This document shows, in pieces, positions 28,035 through 38,591 of a stretch of DNA of 64,000 bases (its first letter is position 1; each line of letters begins with the position of its first letter). Position numbers and translations under genes: made by a program. The notes under the pieces were generated by a model that was given only the letters and a program-made list of their open reading frames with translations, did no database searches and was not told where the DNA came from. Where the stretch lies: the IMG/VR virus record IMGVR_UViG_3300023202_000247, positions 62,001 through 126,000 of that record; one strand, 5' to 3'.

Positions 28035-28675
28035 ATTACGAAGATTTATATGATTATGAAAACTCGGCAAATTGTATAGTAAATATAAGTAATAGAATTA
28101 ACCACTTAAAGTTTAGGATAACTAATAGTAGCTCTGAAAGCTCCAAGTTTGAAGCTATGTTTAAACATAGCTTTTTAAGCTATTTTGAAAAACTCAAACT
28201 GACAAACCTCATCGATGATAAATATGCCGATTATTTTGATTTAATCCATTCATCTGTTAAAAATATGAAAGATTATTCAGATATCAAACATATAGCTGAT
28301 GAACTAAACATATTTAATAACTTAATAAAATTGACCTATGAATTTGATTATGCGGATGAATTTGATTATGCGGATATTCAAGTTTTTAGAATTGCCTCCT
28401 ATAAAAAATCCATTCATGGTGAATTCATTGTTAATATTTTAAAGAAAATATCTACTGCTTCTGATTTAATCATAAATGGCATTGGTGGAAGAAAGCATGA
28501 GAGGCGTGAATTTGCAAAGATAAGCAGAGAAATTAAAACCTATATCAATGATTACATGACAAGTTTTACTAAAAGTAAAAACCCAAAACTTGGCGTGTTT
28601 GGAACTTCCATGATAGGTCAGACGAACGGCATGCGTCCGTTGATACAGACAAAGGTTGAGACTAAATATGAGTAA
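28031..28675 (+). CDS. hypothetical protein
   Basis: ATGA-coupled. Confidence 0.6.
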   Translation: MNYEDLYDYENSANCIVNISNRINHLKFRITNSSSESSKFEAMFKHSFLSYFEKLKLTNLIDDKYADYFDLIHSSVKNMKDYSDIKHIADELNIFNNLIKLTYEFDYADEFDYADIQVFRIASYKKSIHGEFIVNILKKISTASDLIINGIGGRKHERREFAKISREIKTYINDYMTSFTKSKNPKLGVFGTSMIGQTNGMRPLIQTKVETKYE

Positions 28676-28842
28676 AATATCTAATATATTTGGTATTACA
28701 ACGTTGAAGACTGTCTCGTCAAGTCAAAAATTGCCAAGGATGCTGAGCGCAAAAAGACGAATCGAAAAAAACTCGAGCATGTCAACATGTTCCGTGATAT
28801 ACCAGCTCATCGAACCATGAGACTCCCAGAGAAAGAGGCAAA

Positions 28843-29160
28843 GTGATGCCCGTCTATGAGTTGAAGAATGGTAACTTCGATCAACATGGTCATATCATTC
28901 GCTGCTCATGTCATACTTCAGATCATCAGTTTGAGATAAATTGGTGGGAAAGTGAAGATAAAGAAGTATACTTTACCATTCATTTGAATGATACGTATTC
29001 GTTTTGGAATCGTCTTGTTCTCGGCATCAAGTATATCTTTGGTTTCAAGTCGAGGTATGGAAACTTCGCCGAAATTATATTGATGCCGGAAGATTGTAAA
29101 GAGGTTTCCAAAATTCTTGATGAAGCTGTAAAGACATTGGAGAAAGATGATGAGTGCTGA
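28843..29160 (+). CDS. hypothetical phage protein
   Basis: CSCHTSDH..FWNRL..GIKYIFG..SRYG pattern. Confidence 0.7.
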   Translation: MMPVYELKNGNFDQHGHIIRCSCHTSDHQFEINWWESEDKEVYFTIHLNDTYSFWNRLVLGIKYIFGFKSRYGNFAEIILMPEDCKEVSKILDEAVKTLEKDDEC

Positions 29161-29734
29161 TAACCCGTATGGAATGAACGAAGACACTACTAGAAAGCTT
29201 AAGATGGTTATAGAACATATAAGTAAACGTAGAGTTTATGATATTTCTAACATTGATGATCCCAGTACATATGATTTATTTGAAAATCTTTGGTATTGTA
29301 CAGGATATACTATTGGGATTAAAAATCAAGAACGAAAGTATTTTGTATACGATGATTTTTATTTTGTGTTAGTTAAAATACATGTACGACGGTCAGAAGG
29401 CCGTTGCGCGCTGGGAGGGGCGGCAACCCATCTACAAGGTGATGTTGTTGAACGCCGGATTTATAACGAAGAATTTTTGCCATCAAAATGGCCTATACAT
29501 GATGAACAAGTTGAAAGATTGGAGCGGTGTTCATGGCCAATGGCCAAATACACACGGGAAGTTCTCACTAAGTTTGTAGAGTACGTTAAAAATGAAACTC
29601 CTTTGACAGATGGTTCGCCCGATCCTGGCGGGGACCCTCATTATTATGAATTAAATAAAGGTCTCATAGATCCTGTTATTAAGGAAATAGAGTTTCTTTT
29701 GGAGATGAAAGATGAAGACATACCAGACATGTGA
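29147..29734 (+). CDS. hypothetical protein
   Basis: ORF track. Confidence 0.65.
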   Translation: MMSADNPYGMNEDTTRKLKMVIEHISKRRVYDISNIDDPSTYDLFENLWYCTGYTIGIKNQERKYFVYDDFYFVLVKIHVRRSEGRCALGGAATHLQGDVVERRIYNEEFLPSKWPIHDEQVERLERCSWPMAKYTREVLTKFVEYVKNETPLTDGSPDPGGDPHYYELNKGLIDPVIKEIEFLLEMKDEDIPDM

Positions 29735-30458
29735 GACGTGTGAAGCTTACCGTAAAGATAACACGACTCAGTCTTTAATGGCAGCAAAAAGCTGTCATTC
29801 TTGCAAGGGTACTGGCATTCGTATCACCGATGAAAGTTATCGTTGCAATCGTTGTGGAAAATCCACTTTGATTTGTGGTGGTCTGCACGGTTTGAACTTT
29901 GCCAAAGTTGGAGGCGGATACTATTCTATTGCTCTTGTTGATCTAAACAATTATGAGTTTAGCATATGTGAGTCTTGTTTGAGATATATGTTTGAGAATG
30001 AGTTTATCATTCCGCCAACCATAACATCTACGATGTATGTAGATGATGAAGATTTATGGGAAAGAGATAAAGAAATTGTGAATGAGCGGCGCGCAGAAAA
30101 GCGTGCCGCATGCGTGTTCATTCAACATCAAGGTGCTATATTGGCGGTTGCTAGGCGCGATGATCCGAATGCGTGGGGACTGCCTGGGGGAAAATGTGAT
30201 GTCTTTGAAGATAAAGAAGATGCGGCAAGGAGAGAGTTTCTAGAAGAGATTGGTACCGAAGTGGAAATTTCGCATCCGGCTTATACGGGTCCTTGTGGCG
30301 AATACGATGTCACAACATTTTATGGCAAATGTGATATTTCCAAAATCAAAAAAGGTGATGCTGGGCGCGTTGCATTGGTTGGCTGGACTCATATTTTAAA
30401 CGGTCCTTTTGGTGATTATAACCAAAGACTGAAAAACATTGTTGATGAAAAGATATAA
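29712..30458 (+). CDS. Zn-finger plus Nudix hydrolase
   Basis: Nudix box WGLPGGK..E....AARREFLEEIG; N-terminal CxxC motifs. Confidence 0.85.
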   Translation: MKTYQTCETCEAYRKDNTTQSLMAAKSCHSCKGTGIRITDESYRCNRCGKSTLICGGLHGLNFAKVGGGYYSIALVDLNNYEFSICESCLRYMFENEFIIPPTITSTMYVDDEDLWERDKEIVNERRAEKRAACVFIQHQGAILAVARRDDPNAWGLPGGKCDVFEDKEDAARREFLEEIGTEVEISHPAYTGPCGEYDVTTFYGKCDISKIKKGDAGRVALVGWTHILNGPFGDYNQRLKNIVDEKI

Positions 30459-30675
30459 GGCCACAGTTCATTTCAACAAACACTCTGTAAGAACAACTGG
30501 CTGTCCTTGGAGCATTCATTATCGTGGCAAATGCCATCTTGTTAAGTCGATAAATTGGAGTGTGAATGCCAAGACTGAGTGGAAACCTGATAGAAAAACA
30601 AACCCTCGAGCATTCATTACAGCAATGGTAAAAGAGCTTATCATTGATGATAATGGGATGGCTACGTTGAAATGA
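30439..30675 (+). CDS. hypothetical protein
   Basis: ORF track. Confidence 0.6.
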   Translation: MLMKRYKATVHFNKHSVRTTGCPWSIHYRGKCHLVKSINWSVNAKTEWKPDRKTNPRAFITAMVKELIIDDNGMATLK

Positions 30676-31091
30676 AAAATGAGCGCTGGCAAACACAAAC
30701 AATTACCACGCTAGATATAGAAAATGGTATATTTGGTAATTGTTTTGCAGCATGTGTTGCATCTATTTTGGGGATGAAGCTGGATGATGTGCCAAACTTT
30801 TGCGTTAAAGAGACTTGGTGGGAAGATTTTGGCGAGTGGTTGAGCCGACGAGGATATGCTGCTATAGAGTGGAAATCTGATAATAAGATAAGTGGTACTC
30901 ACAATGCTAACGATACATTGTTGATAGCATCCGGAAAAAGTCCGCGTGGTGATTGGAGTCATTGTGTAGTATGGAAAGGTAATGAGATGGTATTTGATCC
31001 ACACCCTTCTCGTGATGGATTAAAGGATGAGCCAGAGTTATACCTTCTGATGTTTCCTGTTGATTTGACGGAGTTTTCACGTGACAATTAA
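30672..31091 (+). CDS. papain/C39-like peptidase-fold protein
   Basis: GNCFAACVASIL..SPRG..HCVV..FDPHP (Cys-His-Asp). Confidence 0.6.
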   Translation: MKNERWQTQTITTLDIENGIFGNCFAACVASILGMKLDDVPNFCVKETWWEDFGEWLSRRGYAAIEWKSDNKISGTHNANDTLLIASGKSPRGDWSHCVVWKGNEMVFDPHPSRDGLKDEPELYLLMFPVDLTEFSRDN

Positions 31092-31234
31092 AGTTCTTAG
31101 ATAAGACAAGTCTAAGACGCCGTGCTATTTAAAGATGTGGACCTGCTACAGCGTCTGGTCATCTCCGTAAAAGGCGGGTCTGGTCTGGGTCGCATTACTT
31201 TTTCCGAGATGACCTCTAATTTAAAGGAAAGAAG

Positions 31235-31828
31235 ATGAAAAAAGCAATCTCATTCATTCTGCTCGTGTTCATTCCATTTTGTTTTATCAACTGTGCAAAA
31301 TACGATAAGCTGGTTGAACGCGATGAAACCTGCAACATGAAATGGGCAGACTATGAAGCACAACTGCAACGTCGTAGCGATTTAATTCCTCGGCTTGTCA
31401 ACACTGTAAAAGCTGCTGCAAAACATGAAAAAGATACTCTTACAGAAGTTACCGAAGCTCGAAGCAAAGCTACGAAGATTACTTTGAGTGCCGAAGATTT
31501 GACGGATCCTGCCAAGGTTGTAGCCTTCCAAAAGGCCCAGGGTAATCTGGGAAGTGCCCTGAGTAAACTGATGATGCTGAATGAGAAGTATCCGGACCTC
31601 AAAGCCAATCAAAACTTTAGAGATTTTCAGGTCCAACTAGAAGGAACGGAGAATAGAATTCTCAGAGCACGTACTGAGTATAACAGGGTTGTAAAAGAAT
31701 ACAATCTAGAACTACGTCGTGTTAGTGGTAAAGCAATCAACCCACTAACAGGTAAAGAGTTTAAGCCTCGCGTTTATTTCAAAGCTGAAAGCGGTGCTAA
31801 AAACGCTCCGGATGTGAACTTTGATTAG
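31235..31828 (+). CDS. lemA: LemA family protein
   Basis: QLQRRSDLIPRLV, HEKDTL, EKYPDLKANQNF, LEGTENRI. Confidence 0.93.
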   Translation: MKKAISFILLVFIPFCFINCAKYDKLVERDETCNMKWADYEAQLQRRSDLIPRLVNTVKAAAKHEKDTLTEVTEARSKATKITLSAEDLTDPAKVVAFQKAQGNLGSALSKLMMLNEKYPDLKANQNFRDFQVQLEGTENRILRARTEYNRVVKEYNLELRRVSGKAINPLTGKEFKPRVYFKAESGAKNAPDVNFD

Positions 31829-32081
31829 TTTTTACATTCAATTAACTCATCAAATTGATGGGCTTTATGAAAAAAGCGATGATGAGCTTGATGATTTCTT
31901 TGATCGTATTGCACATGTTGCGTTTACATGTCATCATACCTCTCCACATTATAATGTAGAGGTTCATTCCGAAGGTATAACTCTTTACATAGAGGGTTAT
32001 ATTGTTGCGCCGTCTAGAAAAACGGCATATGAAATGTTCAAAAACTACATCGAACACTGGGGGCAAATAAAAGTACAATGA
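31821..32081 (+). CDS. hypothetical protein
   Basis: ORF track. Confidence 0.5.
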   Translation: MISFYIQLTHQIDGLYEKSDDELDDFFDRIAHVAFTCHHTSPHYNVEVHSEGITLYIEGYIVAPSRKTAYEMFKNYIEHWGQIKVQ

Positions 32082-32788
32082 AAAAAATCACGTTTCTTCT
32101 TCTAACTCTGCTTCTGAGTACCATTGCTCTGCCAGTTGGTGCATATACACCACCCAAGGCAGATGGTTTCATTACTGATACGGCTGGCAAACTATCTTCA
32201 GCTGAAGAAAAGGAACTTGAAGTAATATTAAAGGGTGTATCTGAAACAAAAGCAAATGAAATTGCTGTTCTCATCATTCCATCGTTAGAGGGTGAGCCTG
32301 TAGAAGACGTTGCGTATGATACGTTTCAAGCGTGGGGTGTTGGTAAGAAGGGCTTGGACAATGGCGTGTTGTTGGTCATTGCTGTTGGTGATAGAAAGTC
32401 TCGTATCGAAACTGGCAAAGGTGTTGAAGGGGACCTAACTGACCTTGAATGTGGAGAAATCCTAAGAAACGTCCTAGCCCCGCATCTAAAACGTGGTGAA
32501 TGGTATGATGGTATCAACGATACTGTATCTCATATCAATAAAGCTGTTGAAGCTAGAGACTATAAGCCAAAAGCTGAGAAGAAAAACCTTTCCCCAGCTC
32601 TAATTTTCTTCATCATACTCATTGTTCTAATCGCTATATGGCTTTTGTCTAAAGTCAAAGGTGGCGGCGGTGGTGGTGGCTACTATACTGGTGGCGGCGG
32701 TTACAGTGGGGGTGGTAGTTTTGGTGGCAGCGGTGGAGGATTCGGTGGTGGATCTTCTGGCGGTGGCGGTTCTAGTGGAGGATGGTAA
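32078..32788 (+). CDS. TPM-domain (YgcG-like) membrane protein
   Basis: DTAGKLS, WGVGKKGLDNGVLL, RIETGKGVEGDLTD; TM helix and Gly-rich tail ending W. Confidence 0.92.
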   Translation: MKKITFLLLTLLLSTIALPVGAYTPPKADGFITDTAGKLSSAEEKELEVILKGVSETKANEIAVLIIPSLEGEPVEDVAYDTFQAWGVGKKGLDNGVLLVIAVGDRKSRIETGKGVEGDLTDLECGEILRNVLAPHLKRGEWYDGINDTVSHINKAVEARDYKPKAEKKNLSPALIFFIILIVLIAIWLLSKVKGGGGGGGYYTGGGGYSGGGSFGGSGGGFGGGSSGGGGSSGGW

Positions 32789-33072
32789 TGACAGCTTTAA
32801 TGATAATTAGTGTAATCAGTATTACATTCTTGATTGTTGGTTTAGCTTATCGCATGGTGGTTAGGCCAAGGCCAAAGCTTGTCAAGCATGCTGGGCCTGG
32901 AAAACATGGGATATATATTTTTGAATTTGATGATGGTTCAAAGTATCACGGTGACTGTACTGTTTGGTACAAACACGTGGGCGCTGGTGTAAAGCGTTGC
33001 AGTTTGGACAAAGAGGTTTGGCTTTCTAACATTTGGGAAAGCTTGGAATTCAAAAGAAAAATGAAATCGTAG
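32782..33072 (+). CDS. hypothetical membrane-anchored protein
   Basis: N-terminal TM. Confidence 0.55.
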   Translation: MVMTALMIISVISITFLIVGLAYRMVVRPRPKLVKHAGPGKHGIYIFEFDDGSKYHGDCTVWYKHVGAGVKRCSLDKEVWLSNIWESLEFKRKMKS

Positions 33073-33100
33073 TTGCAGTATTAGGTGGAAGGAATGAGAG

Positions 33101-33433
33101 ATGGAATTAGTAGTAGCAGGTGTGTGTGTAGTTTTCTTATTTGCATTGCTCTTTGTATTTAGACGGCAAAATAAGAAGCTTGATAAAAGGGTTGATAGAA
33201 TCGTATCAGCTCCACCAACAGTAAGAGAAAGAAAAAAGAATTCTGGCTCTCATGTTTACACAGATCCCAGTTATTTTAGATATTCGTACACCCAACATCT
33301 ATTGGATGATGACTCATCGGACTCCAACAGGGGTTTCAGTTCAGGATTTGATTTTGGAGGCGATGATGGTGGTAGCGATTTTGACTTTGGTGGCGGCGAT
33401 AGCGGTGGCGGTGGCGCTAGCGATGACTTCTAA
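33101..33433 (+). CDS. membrane protein with Gly/Asp-rich TPM-type tail
   Basis: N-terminal TM; FGGGDSGGGGASDDF. Confidence 0.7.
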   Translation: MELVVAGVCVVFLFALLFVFRRQNKKLDKRVDRIVSAPPTVRERKKNSGSHVYTDPSYFRYSYTQHLLDDDSSDSNRGFSSGFDFGGDDGGSDFDFGGGDSGGGGASDDF

Positions 33434-33442
33434 ACATAAAAA

Positions 33443-34120
33443 TTGGACAAGTTTATGAAAAAACTAGAAAAATTTGGTAAAGATATTCTAATAAATTCAG
33501 ATGGTCAGCCCACCACAACCGGTGGTATTACTTTATCAAAAGTATTGTCTAATATCATAAGTGATGATGAACATACTCCAGAGGTTAAAGCAGCCTTAAA
33601 ACAATTGGCAAGTTTCTATGCTCAAGACTTTTCCAGTGATTGGATTCCAGATGTTGAAATAGTTGAAGGCGACCTGCTAAAATCAGATGCAAAATACATT
33701 TGTCATCAATGCAATTGTATAACACGTAGGGCCGCGCATCTTGCTAAATCAATGTTTATAGCATTTCCATGGAGTGATGTGTATGCTCACAGACAATACG
33801 ATGGTATTCAGTCCAAACCAGGAACCATCGAAATAACTGGTGATGGCAAAGCCAAGCGATATGTGGTAGCATTATTTGGCCAGGTGAATCCCGGCAAGCC
33901 AAAACATTATGGGTTTCAAGAAGATAATTCTGAAGCAAGAGAAAAGTACTTTGCTGAATCTTTGAAAGAATTGGCAAAGGTTTCTAACTTGGAAAGTATT
34001 GATTTTCCATATGGAATTGGTTGTGGTGCTGCTGGCGGTAATTGGGATGTATACTATAATATGATTTGCAAGTTTGCGTTTGAAGTCGATGCACGTGTGA
34101 GAATTATCAAGTTGGACTAA
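33443..34120 (+). CDS. macro domain protein
   Basis: GDLL..ICHQCNC..LAK..PGTI..FPYGIGCGAAGGNW. Confidence 0.88.
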   Translation: MDKFMKKLEKFGKDILINSDGQPTTTGGITLSKVLSNIISDDEHTPEVKAALKQLASFYAQDFSSDWIPDVEIVEGDLLKSDAKYICHQCNCITRRAAHLAKSMFIAFPWSDVYAHRQYDGIQSKPGTIEITGDGKAKRYVVALFGQVNPGKPKHYGFQEDNSEAREKYFAESLKELAKVSNLESIDFPYGIGCGAAGGNWDVYYNMICKFAFEVDARVRIIKLD

Positions 34121-34885
34121 ATGAAAAGAACTGACAAGTCTCCCATTCCATATCCCAAAGGTATTTCCAAACAAGAAAGACTTTTGTATAGAAATATCAT
34201 AGTGCAAACTAAACTGCTTGCAAAGCAACTTATTTGGAATGGTAGAATGGATTGTAATCCAGATCCATCAAATTTAATCATTATGTGTTCTGGTGGTTTG
34301 GACAGCACTGTATTAGCTCACGCAGCATATCTTGCCAGTTGTTTGGATGATATGCCAAAGGTTACATTGTTTCAAGTTAACTATAATTTGAGACCCAATG
34401 AAGTTGATTTGGAAAAAGCTCATGTAGAAAAACTCTGCAAACAGTTTGGGTTTGAACATTATTATGTTGATACAAAGTTTGATGACGGCCCTAATCTTCA
34501 GGCACGTGCTCGAGAATTTCGTTATGAGCGGTTGAATGAACTTGCAAAGTCGATTTTTAACAAGGGTTTTTCTGTTAATGGAATGACAGCTCATCATAAA
34601 GATGACTATATTGAAACAAGAATTCTATCTTTTCTAAGAAATGGAAATGATTCAATAATTGAAAATCCACTAAGAGGAAGATATATTCGGATTTATCGTC
34701 CTCTTTTATCTTTTGAAAAAAATGAATTGAGGCAATATGCCCAGGCATTTGGTCTCAGTTGGTGTGATGATTCATCCAATCAAAGTTCTGAGAAATACAC
34801 TAGAAACTTTCTTCGTCGCGAACTGTTGCCTTTGATTAAAGATCATATCAATCCTGGAATCGTAAAAACATTATCCGACTACTAA
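34121..34885 (+). CDS. tilS: tRNA(Ile)-lysidine synthetase
   Basis: SGGLDS PP-loop, AREFRY, TAHHKDD, RPLL, DSSN..YTRNFLR. Confidence 0.9.
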   Translation: MKRTDKSPIPYPKGISKQERLLYRNIIVQTKLLAKQLIWNGRMDCNPDPSNLIIMCSGGLDSTVLAHAAYLASCLDDMPKVTLFQVNYNLRPNEVDLEKAHVEKLCKQFGFEHYYVDTKFDDGPNLQARAREFRYERLNELAKSIFNKGFSVNGMTAHHKDDYIETRILSFLRNGNDSIIENPLRGRYIRIYRPLLSFEKNELRQYAQAFGLSWCDDSSNQSSEKYTRNFLRRELLPLIKDHINPGIVKTLSDY

Positions 34886-34899
34886 GCACATATATATGT

Positions 34900-35274
34900 G
34901 TGAGTTTCGAAAACATTCTAGCATCTTTGGAGGAGTATTTAAGCCTCAAGCATGACGTGGATACTGGTTGTGCCGATGAGGATGCGTTGCGTGCTGCAAA
35001 GAAACGCTTTGCAGAGAGTCTAAATCAATATGTAGACTGGAGAGCTGACTCTGTAATAGCTGAGCATAAGAAAAAGATTTCATCTGAACATTCGGGTAGC
35101 ATGAATGCGCTTGGCATTGGCATAAAGCATTCTAATATTGCAATAGCTGCTTTGAATTCAGCACCTACTCCGCCAAAAGATATTGAATTCATGTTGAGTT
35201 CAGGTAAAATTCGTGAGTGGATGAAAGCATATAAGAAATGGTATGATAATGAAAGAAAGAAAGGCTCCAAATGA
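34900..35274 (+). CDS. hypothetical protein, paralogue of next gene
   Basis: MSFE..LNSAPTPP..WMKAYKKWY. Confidence 0.7.
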   Translation: MSFENILASLEEYLSLKHDVDTGCADEDALRAAKKRFAESLNQYVDWRADSVIAEHKKKISSEHSGSMNALGIGIKHSNIAIAALNSAPTPPKDIEFMLSSGKIREWMKAYKKWYDNERKKGSK

Positions 35275-35615
35275 GCTTTGAAAAGTTTTTCACAGCATTC
35301 AAGGACTATCTGAATAGCAAAGGTACATGTGATAGTGGAGACTTTCCCATCAAACAATACAAAGAAGAGATGCGTATTGCTCTTAATGATATAATTGATG
35401 AGCGTATCAAGCTAGATAAACACAAACCACCTCGCAAAAGCAGCATGACTACCGTCATGCCTTCTCAGCGACCGATGGAAAGTGATAGCGTCGACATGCT
35501 CGACGCGCTAAACTGTGCCCCTATACCACCGGCCAACCCGTCTAACTATTCTCAGTGGATGGAAGCGTACACGAAATGGTACTATTCCAAAAGGAACAAA
35601 GTAATTAAACGATGA
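35271..35615 (+). CDS. hypothetical protein, paralogue of previous gene
   Basis: MSFE..LNCAPIPP..WMEAYTKWY. Confidence 0.7.
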   Translation: MSFEKFFTAFKDYLNSKGTCDSGDFPIKQYKEEMRIALNDIIDERIKLDKHKPPRKSSMTTVMPSQRPMESDSVDMLDALNCAPIPPANPSNYSQWMEAYTKWYYSKRNKVIKR

Positions 35616-37126
35616 AACAAATATCTCTCAGTAAGAAAGAGGAGATGCTTTGCAATTTGTTGATGGATGTTGTATTGGAGAAGGCTCCGGGTACAACGTT
35701 ACGTATTGCTGGTGGTTGGACCAGGGATAAATTGCTTGGTTCTACCACCAATGATATTGATATCTCCATTGATACCATGACGGGTGAGAAGTTTGCTCAT
35801 ATGGTTACTGAGTACATGGATGATAAAGATATCAAACATGGCAACATATCCGTCATCAAATCAAATCCAGACCAAAGCAAGCATCTAGAAACCGCAATGC
35901 TTAAAATCTATGGAATGGATATAGATTTTGTTAACCTTCGTAAAGAAACATATGCTGACTCTAGAATACCATCTATTGAGATAGGTACACCAGAAGAAGA
36001 TGCCAAACGTCGTGATTTAACTATCAATGCATTGTTTTATAATATAAACGATGACAAAGTTGAGGATTTTGTTGGCGGTCTAAAAGACTTGGACGATTAT
36101 AATCTCAGAACACCTATCGATGCTAAGCAAACTTTCTTAGATGACCCTCTGAGAATGCTTCGTATCATTCGTTTTGCTGCTAGATATAAATATGATGCAG
36201 ATGATTCCATCATCGAGGCAGCGAATAAGGATGATGTTAAGTGGGCTTTCTTGAATAAAGTAAGCAAAGAAAGGATGTGGACTGAAATTGCCGGGCAAGA
36301 GAAGCCTGATGGGTGGAAAAACGGTATCTTGAATGAAAAATATGCCATCCACGGTATCGAATTGCTCAACAAAATGGGTTTGCGAGACCTATTGTTCTGG
36401 TTTTCTCCGGAAGAAAAGAAATTATTGGGTCTAGATAAGGATTTGGTTAGTTTTGATTCGGATCAAAATAATCCTAATCATGATTTAACCATTTGGGATC
36501 ATACATGTAAAGTTATTGATAACCTAGAGTATTTTCGTCACTTATCTTCAAGAGAAGATGAGTTGGTTTTGACGTTATCAGCACTATTACATGACATAGG
36601 TAAGTGTGATTTGTGTTCCAGACAAGAAACTGATGAAGGTTATTACACTTATCATGGTCATGAAGACTCTTCTGCTAAGATGACAGAGTACTTTCTCAAC
36701 AAAATGAAAGCTCCTGTGCACATTACAAAGCGTGTTGTGCGTTTGGTTGCAGAGCACATGCGTCTTCACAACCTTCCCGATGATGCTTCTGATAAAGCAT
36801 TGCGTCGTTTCATGCGAGACCTCGAATCGGACTGGGAAATGTCCGTTGATTTGGCCTTGGCCGATGCAATGGGAAAGAATAACCCTCCGTTTGGAACGCC
36901 GGATCGCTACCTCAACTTTAAAAACAGAATGAAAAATCTCAAGGCTGAGATGGGAAACAAGACTGCGCCGAGTCGTCCAATTTCTGGCCATGATTTGATG
37001 AGTCTTGGCATTCCAGCTGGTCCACAAATGGGTAAGTTACTCAAACAACTCGATGAAGAGTTGCTAGAAAACCCAACTATGTCAAAAGATGAAGCTATCA
37101 ACTTTGTCAAAAGTTTGAATGTGTGA
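35612..37126 (+). CDS. cca: CCA-adding tRNA nucleotidyltransferase with HD domain
   Basis: AGGWTRDKLLG..DID, DFVNLRKE, RRDLTINAL, DDPLRMLR; LLHDIGK. Confidence 0.92.
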   Translation: MKQISLSKKEEMLCNLLMDVVLEKAPGTTLRIAGGWTRDKLLGSTTNDIDISIDTMTGEKFAHMVTEYMDDKDIKHGNISVIKSNPDQSKHLETAMLKIYGMDIDFVNLRKETYADSRIPSIEIGTPEEDAKRRDLTINALFYNINDDKVEDFVGGLKDLDDYNLRTPIDAKQTFLDDPLRMLRIIRFAARYKYDADDSIIEAANKDDVKWAFLNKVSKERMWTEIAGQEKPDGWKNGILNEKYAIHGIELLNKMGLRDLLFWFSPEEKKLLGLDKDLVSFDSDQNNPNHDLTIWDHTCKVIDNLEYFRHLSSREDELVLTLSALLHDIGKCDLCSRQETDEGYYTYHGHEDSSAKMTEYFLNKMKAPVHITKRVVRLVAEHMRLHNLPDDASDKALRRFMRDLESDWEMSVDLALADAMGKNNPPFGTPDRYLNFKNRMKNLKAEMGNKTAPSRPISGHDLMSLGIPAGPQMGKLLKQLDEELLENPTMSKDEAINFVKSLNV

Positions 37127-37527
37127 TGTCTTGGTTCGTATCTTGGGGACAACTGTTATTTTCTGAAGATGATGGAATCTATTCGCTGAAACTTAGTGTT
37201 GATGAAGAGATTGCGAACCTTTACAGAAGTTTCATTCCGAAAAGTTTACGTTTCAATAGACCCCGCTACCCAGCTCACATTACAATTGTAAGAAACGAAA
37301 TCTTAAAAGATATCAATGGTTTAGAAAGAAAAGAGTTATATTATCCATTTCTTTACTCTAATGTGATAGAGAGATGTGATACGTATATTTGGCTGCCAGT
37401 TCGCGCTATACAGTTGCAACAGTTGAGAGTAAGCCTCGGCTTGGAGGAAATGAGCGAATGGACACGGCCACCGACAGGAGAGGATTGTTTTCACATAACG
37501 ATTGGGAATACAAAGGGTTTGTCTTAG
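37123..37527 (+). CDS. 2H phosphoesterase
   Basis: two HxT motifs: AHITIV and FHITIG. Confidence 0.82.
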   Translation: MMSWFVSWGQLLFSEDDGIYSLKLSVDEEIANLYRSFIPKSLRFNRPRYPAHITIVRNEILKDINGLERKELYYPFLYSNVIERCDTYIWLPVRAIQLQQLRVSLGLEEMSEWTRPPTGEDCFHITIGNTKGLS

Positions 37528-37548
37528 GCAATATGTCCTCATATTCTT

Positions 37549-38442
37549 ATGAGGACATGGAACGACTTCAGATATTTGGAACCAAAGCTGACAAATCTAT
37601 CAGCGGGTGAAGCATATTATGGTCTCCATGAAGCTTGGAAAAAGATATTTGATGAAACCCCATCATTTAATACGATTGTGATATTGCTCAGCCAAACAGC
37701 ACTGGAAACTGGTCGTTGGGCAAAGATGTATAATTACAATTGGGGCAACATAAAATCTCACTCCGATGATGGTCACTATTGGACGATGTATGATTGTAGT
37801 GAAATTATAAACGGGCGAGAGTTTTTCTTTCACCCACCACATGATCAATGTAAATTTAGAGCTTATAGGTCTGTTGAGGATGGTGCTGAAGATTATATAA
37901 GATTAGTTTCTAAAAAGAAAAATTATGAAATTGCATTTCGTGCATTAAAACGTGGAGATGTTGATACATATACCAGAGCTTTGAAACAGGGTGGTTACTT
38001 TACCGCGAACTTGTTTCATTATCTCAAGTCGATGAGGTCTTTAGTTGCTGAATTTGAAAAGAAAAGACATGAGCTAACTAGTTGGTCACCACCGCTACCA
38101 TCCCCAAAGGAACTTTATATTGAAAAGATGGTTGAGCTTTTAGCTGCCCGCGCTGCTGGTACAGTAGATGAATCAGCATTTGCCACGGAGCTTGATGAAT
38201 ATTGGCAACAAATGTCGGCCGACGAGCAGGATCTCGTTGAAGAACGCTTCGGCACTGGCCTGGAGATTCCAGTCATGCTAGAGTCTGTATCACCGCCCGC
38301 GCCAGAACCGTACAGTGATTACGAAGACTTTGACGAAAAAGAAGTTTCCAAAGTATTAAAAAGTAAAACAAAGTATAAGGTTGTTGGATTGCTGGGTATA
38401 GCGTTCATTATCGTGACCTGGGTTTATACTTTTGTTCAATAA
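37549..38442 (+). CDS. glucosaminidase (FlgJ-like muramidase) with C-terminal TM
   Basis: QTALETG, YNWGNIK, FRAYRSVEDG, GGYFT. Confidence 0.8.
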   Translation: MRTWNDFRYLEPKLTNLSAGEAYYGLHEAWKKIFDETPSFNTIVILLSQTALETGRWAKMYNYNWGNIKSHSDDGHYWTMYDCSEIINGREFFFHPPHDQCKFRAYRSVEDGAEDYIRLVSKKKNYEIAFRALKRGDVDTYTRALKQGGYFTANLFHYLKSMRSLVAEFEKKRHELTSWSPPLPSPKELYIEKMVELLAARAAGTVDESAFATELDEYWQQMSADEQDLVEERFGTGLEIPVMLESVSPPAPEPYSDYEDFDEKEVSKVLKSKTKYKVVGLLGIAFIIVTWVYTFVQ

Positions 38443-38591
38443 ATGCGTGATTTGATAGAACTAATTTTTGGCGTTGTAATCATCATATGTATAATCTATG
38501 CTTTGGCGTATGGTGTAACTTATGATGGGGTACATTATAGTATAAGTCTTGGTGAAGAACGCGGTCTAGAAATAAAGAAAGAAAAAGCAAA

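Noticed and set aside
28338-28376. 18-nt in-frame tandem duplication (EFDYAD x2)
   Set aside because: Simple slippage with no wider pattern.
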